A DNA stretch of 54,729 bases, from positions 1 through 54,729 of the forward strand of contig CAYOXW010000002.1 of the NCBI GenBank assembly GCA_964408005.1, written 5' to 3'. The DNA is from an uncultured Methylibium sp. (GTDB taxonomy: Bacteria; Pseudomonadota; Gammaproteobacteria; Burkholderiales; Burkholderiaceae_C). The translations under genes and the position numbers were made by a program. This document shows, piece by piece, positions 51,304-54,729 of the stretch (the first letter of the stretch is position 1; each line of letters begins with the position of its first letter). Under the pieces are notes generated by a model, which was not told the origin of the DNA, did no database searches, and was given only the letters and a program-made list of their open reading frames with translations.

Positions 51304-52566
51304 TTACTGCAGGGCCAGCGTCGCGCTGCAGGAGGCGGTGTTGGCGTCGTAGGCGTAGTCGAGCCCGCCGATCACCACACCCGAATCCCGGCTCATGTGC
51401 GACAGCGCGCACTGGAAGGTCCACACGCGTGTGGCCGCGTAGCTCGCGGTCAGGCCGAAACGGCGCGTGTGACCGCGCTGGTTGCCCGACGTGCCGCCCA
51501 CGAACTGGGTGTCGTAGTCCTCGCGCGAGTATTCGGCGTTGCCGCTGACCCGGATCTTCGCCGTCGCATCCCAGTCGGCCTGCAGCATGAAGCGCGAGGC
51601 CAGCCGGCTGTCGGTCAGGTAGGACGTGGTCTCTTCGCCGCCCGGGGTTGCCGTCGTCGTGGTCGAGCTGCCGGAGGCGGTCTCGCGCACCACGGCCGTG
51701 GTGAAGGCGAGCTTGCCGGTGGCGCGGTAGTTCCAGCGCAGCTCGCCGGTGACGCCGCTGAAGTCGCGGCTGGTGTCGAGGTCGTGGTTCTCGTCGGTGT
51801 GCGTCAGCCGGGCCGTCAGGCGGCTCGCGCCGGTCGGCTGGTACTCGGCCGTCAGATCGACGTCGTTGCGGTCGTACTCGTCGGCCCCGGCCAGGGCCGA
51901 GAAGCGCGGGTACTCGCCGTCGGTGCGGCGCAGCATCAGGCCGAAGGACCAGGGGCCGCCGGGACGCCAGCGCGTGCCCGCGCCGAGCATCGCGCTTTTG
52001 CGTTCGCGGCTGGCGAAGCCTGTCGACGAGTAGCTGATGTCGGTGTAGTTGGCCTGCGCCTCGAGCGTGAGGATCGACTCGCCGCCGTACTGGCCGCGCA
52101 GATCGACGATGCGCGAGCGCTCCTGGTTGCGGCCCGACTGCGGCTGCGCCAGGCTGCCGTAGCTCTCGAACCCGGCCTGCGTCTGCGATGCCAGCACGCG
52201 TGCGATGCCGCTGAGCTTGGAGCCGGCTTCCCAGTCGAGGCCGAGCGAGAGGTCGTAGCCGAAGCCGTCGAGTTCGCTGTTGTCGCGGTAGGCGGTGCCG
52301 CGCGCCGTGGCCGAGGCGGTCAGGCGCTGGCGGCTGATCGGCTGGTCGAGACCGAGCGTCAGCGACGTGGTCGAGATCATGTCGCTGTCGGTCCCGGCCG
52401 CATCGGGCACCCGGAACAAATTGGAGTCGTAGCTGAAGGCCTGCGAGGCGCGCAGGGAGTAGGGGCTGCGCTGCGCATGGGCGGCACCGCAGGCCAGGAC
52501 ACCGAGCAGGCAGGCCAGCCAGACGGTGCGGGCCCTGGGCGTGTGGCGAAGGGTCGGGCGGTTCAT
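51304..52566 (-). CDS. Outer membrane beta-barrel protein, EpsL-like
   Basis: Sec signal (AAHA), YDSNLFR, DQPISRQRL, alternating amphipathic strands, W...TGK motifs; adjacent to the priming glycosyltransferase. Confidence 0.75.
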   Translation of the reverse strand: MNRPTLRHTPRARTVWLACLLGVLACGAAHAQRSPYSLRASQAFSYDSNLFRVPDAAGTDSDMISTTSLTLGLDQPISRQRLTASATARGTAYRDNSELDGFGYDLSLGLDWEAGSKLSGIARVLASQTQAGFESYGSLAQPQSGRNQERSRIVDLRGQYGGESILTLEAQANYTDISYSSTGFASRERKSAMLGAGTRWRPGGPWSFGLMLRRTDGEYPRFSALAGADEYDRNDVDLTAEYQPTGASRLTARLTHTDENHDLDTSRDFSGVTGELRWNYRATGKLAFTTAVVRETASGSSTTTTATPGGEETTSYLTDSRLASRFMLQADWDATAKIRVSGNAEYSREDYDTQFVGGTSGNQRGHTRRFGLTASYAATRVWTFQCALSHMSRDSGVVIGGLDYAYDANTASCSATLALQ

Positions 52567-52617
52567 CGGGTTTCCTCGTTCGGTTCTCGGAAGGCAGGGG
52601 TCTGCGGCGTCTCGGCC

Positions 52618-54012
52618 TCAGTAGGCTTGCCGGTCGAAGAACACCAGCCGAATCGTGCGCACGATGATCTGCAGATCGAGCGCCAAGGACCAGTTTCGCA
52701 GGTACTCGAGGTCGTATTCGACGCGCGCGCGCATTTTCTCGACGGTGTCGGTTTCGCCCCGCAGGCCGTTGACCTGGGCCCAGCCGGTGATGCCGGGCTT
52801 GACCTTGTGGCGCACCATGTAGGCCTTGATCAGGTCACGGTACATCTGGTTGTGCGCGACCGCGTGCGGCCGCGGACCGACGATGCTCATGCGCCCCTGC
52901 AGCACGTTGACGAACTGCGGCAGTTCGTCGAGCGAGGTCTTGCGCAGGAAGGCCCCGAAGGGCGTGATGCGGCTGTCGCCGCGCGTGGCCTGCACGACCT
53001 GACGACCGTTGTCCTGGGTCGTCATCGAGCGGAACTTGTAGACGACGATCTCCTCGCCGTCGAGGCCGTTGCGGCGCTGCTTGAAGATCGCCGGCCCCGG
53101 GGAGCTGAGCTTCACGCCGATCGCGATCGCCACCAGCAGCGGCGAGATCAGCAGCAGGATCAGGCTGGCCAGCACGATGTCGGACAGGCGCTTGGAGAGC
53201 TCGTTGATGCCGGTGAACGGGGTCTCGCAGATGCCGACCACCGGCACGCCGTTGATGTCGCGCAGGCGCCCCTGGATGATGCTGATGCCGAACACGTCGG
53301 GCACGAAGAACAGCGAGGCGGTCGTGCCCTGCAGCGACTCGAGCAGCTTGAGGATGCGCGGCTGCGAGCCCAGCGGCAGCGTGATGTAGACCTCCTTGAC
53401 GCCGTGCGCGGTGATGTACTCGGCCACGTCGGTCAGCATGCCGCGCCGCGCCGGCAGGGTCTCGGGGGCGATGCGGTCGTCCGTGCGGTCGTCGAAGTAG
53501 CCGAGCAGCTCGGTGCGTACATCGACGCGGCCCTGCAGCGCCCGCGCGACCTTCACGCCCAGCGGGCCGGCGCCAACGATGATTGCGGTGCTGCGGTTGT
53601 GCGGCAGGTGCGCGCGGCGCTGCAGCACCAGCCGCCCGAGCGCCACCACCAGCCACTGCAGCAGCGGCGTCACCAGCGCCCAGGTGAGCAGGACGTCGTT
53701 CTCGAAGTAGTAGAGGCTGTTGGTGGCGTAGCCGCACAGCAGCAGGATCAGCAGCAGGCTGATCCACGACAGCACGATATCCACCGCCGCCTCGGTGCGG
53801 CCATCACGGAAGCGGTTGCGTCCCGGGAAGGTCAGCGCGAACACCAGCAGGCACAGCGTCAGGCCGGCCCGCAGCAGCGGCTCGTCATGCCAGGCGCTGA
53901 CCGCCAGGAAGCAGGCGACGATGATCGATGGCTCCAGCAGCGCCGCGACGAAGGACGTGACGGACTGCGGCGCGCTGTAGAAGATTCGCTTGGGGCCTCG
54001 GTCTTCGAACAT
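52618..54012 (-). CDS. wcaJ: Undecaprenyl-phosphate glucose phosphotransferase (WcaJ/EpsB)
   Basis: Four N-terminal TMs, IVGAG, GYFDDR, KRLSD, FKQRR.G, YKFRSM, LRKTSLDELPQ, MSIVGPRP, KPGITGWAQVNG, DLEY...WS..LD. Confidence 0.95.
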   Translation of the reverse strand: MFEDRGPKRIFYSAPQSVTSFVAALLEPSIIVACFLAVSAWHDEPLLRAGLTLCLLVFALTFPGRNRFRDGRTEAAVDIVLSWISLLLILLLCGYATNSLYYFENDVLLTWALVTPLLQWLVVALGRLVLQRRAHLPHNRSTAIIVGAGPLGVKVARALQGRVDVRTELLGYFDDRTDDRIAPETLPARRGMLTDVAEYITAHGVKEVYITLPLGSQPRILKLLESLQGTTASLFFVPDVFGISIIQGRLRDINGVPVVGICETPFTGINELSKRLSDIVLASLILLLISPLLVAIAIGVKLSSPGPAIFKQRRNGLDGEEIVVYKFRSMTTQDNGRQVVQATRGDSRITPFGAFLRKTSLDELPQFVNVLQGRMSIVGPRPHAVAHNQMYRDLIKAYMVRHKVKPGITGWAQVNGLRGETDTVEKMRARVEYDLEYLRNWSLALDLQIIVRTIRLVFFDRQAY

Positions 54013-54103
54013 GCGATGGCACGGGAGGGAAGGCGGCCCGGAACTCGCTAGCGGTCCCGGGGCATCCGGCATTGTCACCACAAAGCCGATGGGGCTGACT
54101 CCC

Positions 54104-54128
54104 CCGCGTCGTGGGGAGCACGACGCGG
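54104..54128. promoter_or_regulatory. Perfect 10-bp inverted repeat in the divergent wcaJ/ubiJ promoter region
   Basis: CCGCGTCGTG-gggag-CACGACGCGG. Confidence 0.45.
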
Positions 54129-54168
54129 CCCGGCGTGCTGCCGTGTCGGAGTTCACGGCGCCGGCGCC

Positions 54169-54174
54169 TACAAT
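54169..54174 (+). promoter_or_regulatory. Putative sigma70 -10 element (TACAAT) for ubiJ-ubiB
   Basis: TACAAT lies 7 nt before GTG54182, consistent with a nearly leaderless transcript; no convincing -35. Confidence 0.4.
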
Positions 54175-54181
54175 TTTGGCC

Positions 54182-54670
54182 GTGCTCACAGCTCTCGCGA
54201 CCTCGTTGATGCCGGCCGCGCTCGAGCGGCTGGTGCTGCTCGTCAACCACGTGCTGTGGGCCGAGCCGGCGGCCGTCGAGCGCCTGCGCGGTCATGCCGG
54301 CCGGCGGATGCGCATCGAATGGCAGGTCGAACCGGGCCCCTGGCCGGCGCCGCCGGCCGTCGGCTTGCTCGTCACGGCCGCCGGGCTGTTCGAGCTCGTC
54401 GAGGCGCACCCCGACGCGCCGGACCTGCGCCTGCGCATCGCACTGGCGGCACCGCACCGCCAGGCGCTGCAGTGGCTCGCAGGCGCGCCGCCCGAGGTCG
54501 CGGTGGAGGGCGATGCGCAGTTCGCCGCCGACCTCGCCTGGCTCGGCCAGAACCTGCGGTGGGATGTCGCGCACGACCTCGAGCGGCTGCTCGGCCCGGC
54601 GCCGGCCCAGGCGATCGCCCGGCTCGGCGAGGCGCTGCGTGCGCTGCTGCCCACGGCTGCCGCGCGATGA
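54182..54670 (+). CDS. ubiJ: Ubiquinone biosynthesis accessory factor UbiJ (SCP2 domain)
   Basis: LLVNHVL..EP.A..RL..HAG, VEGDAQFAA, NLRWD...DL.RLLG; directly upstream of ubiB. Confidence 0.85.
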   Translation: MLTALATSLMPAALERLVLLVNHVLWAEPAAVERLRGHAGRRMRIEWQVEPGPWPAPPAVGLLVTAAGLFELVEAHPDAPDLRLRIALAAPHRQALQWLAGAPPEVAVEGDAQFAADLAWLGQNLRWDVAHDLERLLGPAPAQAIARLGEALRALLPTAAAR

Positions 54671-54729
54671 GGCAGCTGCTGCGGCTCGGCTACATCGTCT
54701 TCACCGTCCTGCGCTTCGGGCTGGACGAG
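54667..54729 (+). CDS. ubiB: Ubiquinone biosynthesis kinase-like UbiB, 5' fragment
   Basis: MRQLLRLGYIVFTVLRFGLDE matches the betaproteobacterial UbiB N-terminus; ATGA overlap with ubiJ. Confidence 0.8.
   Translation, partial: MRQLLRLGYIVFTVLRFGLDE

Noticed and set aside
46744..54051. Plus-strand ORFs of 997 aa and 1028 aa, and similar Arg/Ala/Pro-rich alternative-frame ORFs throughout the window
   Set aside because: They overlap well-supported genes on the other strand or in another frame, and their composition is typical of GC-rich non-coding frames.

Overview
A very GC-rich betaproteobacterial (Burkholderiales-like) chromosome segment. Housekeeping genes at the two ends (HIT, DUF971 and ubiE on the left; ubiJ and ubiB on the right) bracket a single locus of about 52 kb (about 2150-54010). 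The backbone of the locus is an exosortase-B/PEP-CTERM-type Wzx/Wzy exopolysaccharide system: EpsD, EpsE, EpsF, EpsG, exosortase EpsH, EpsI, an EpsL-like barrel, a WcaJ/EpsB priming transferase, a flippase, an O-antigen ligase/polymerase-family protein and five glycosyltransferases. Interleaved with it are polymer-modifying enzymes (acyltransferase-3, sulfotransferase, deacetylase, Tat-exported SGNH protein, GH2) and a TMEM2/CEMIP-like G8-domain lipoprotein. It also holds three separate carrier-protein assembly lines, with only one Sfp-type PPTase gene in the locus. Line 1 is an NRPS (formyltransferase, Gly-type A domain interrupted by a luciferase-like monooxygenase, PCP) followed by a KS-AT-KR-DH-ACP-TE PKS translationally coupled to two GT2 enzymes. 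Line 2 is a DltA/DltC-like pair with an AurF-like diiron oxygenase and a GNAT-like protein. Line 3 is a SerRS-like amino acid:carrier protein ligase with an acyl-CoA dehydrogenase, DUF1839, an ACP and a fused double alpha/beta-hydrolase. My best hypothesis is a system that builds unusual oxidised aminoacyl/polyketide groups on carrier proteins and grafts them onto a sulfated surface glycan or onto exosortase-anchored glycoproteins. I saw no RNA genes, CRISPR arrays, integrases or transposases. All family calls come from reading motifs by eye; no database search was run, and several start codons were re-chosen from the ORF track using RBS and gene-overlap evidence.
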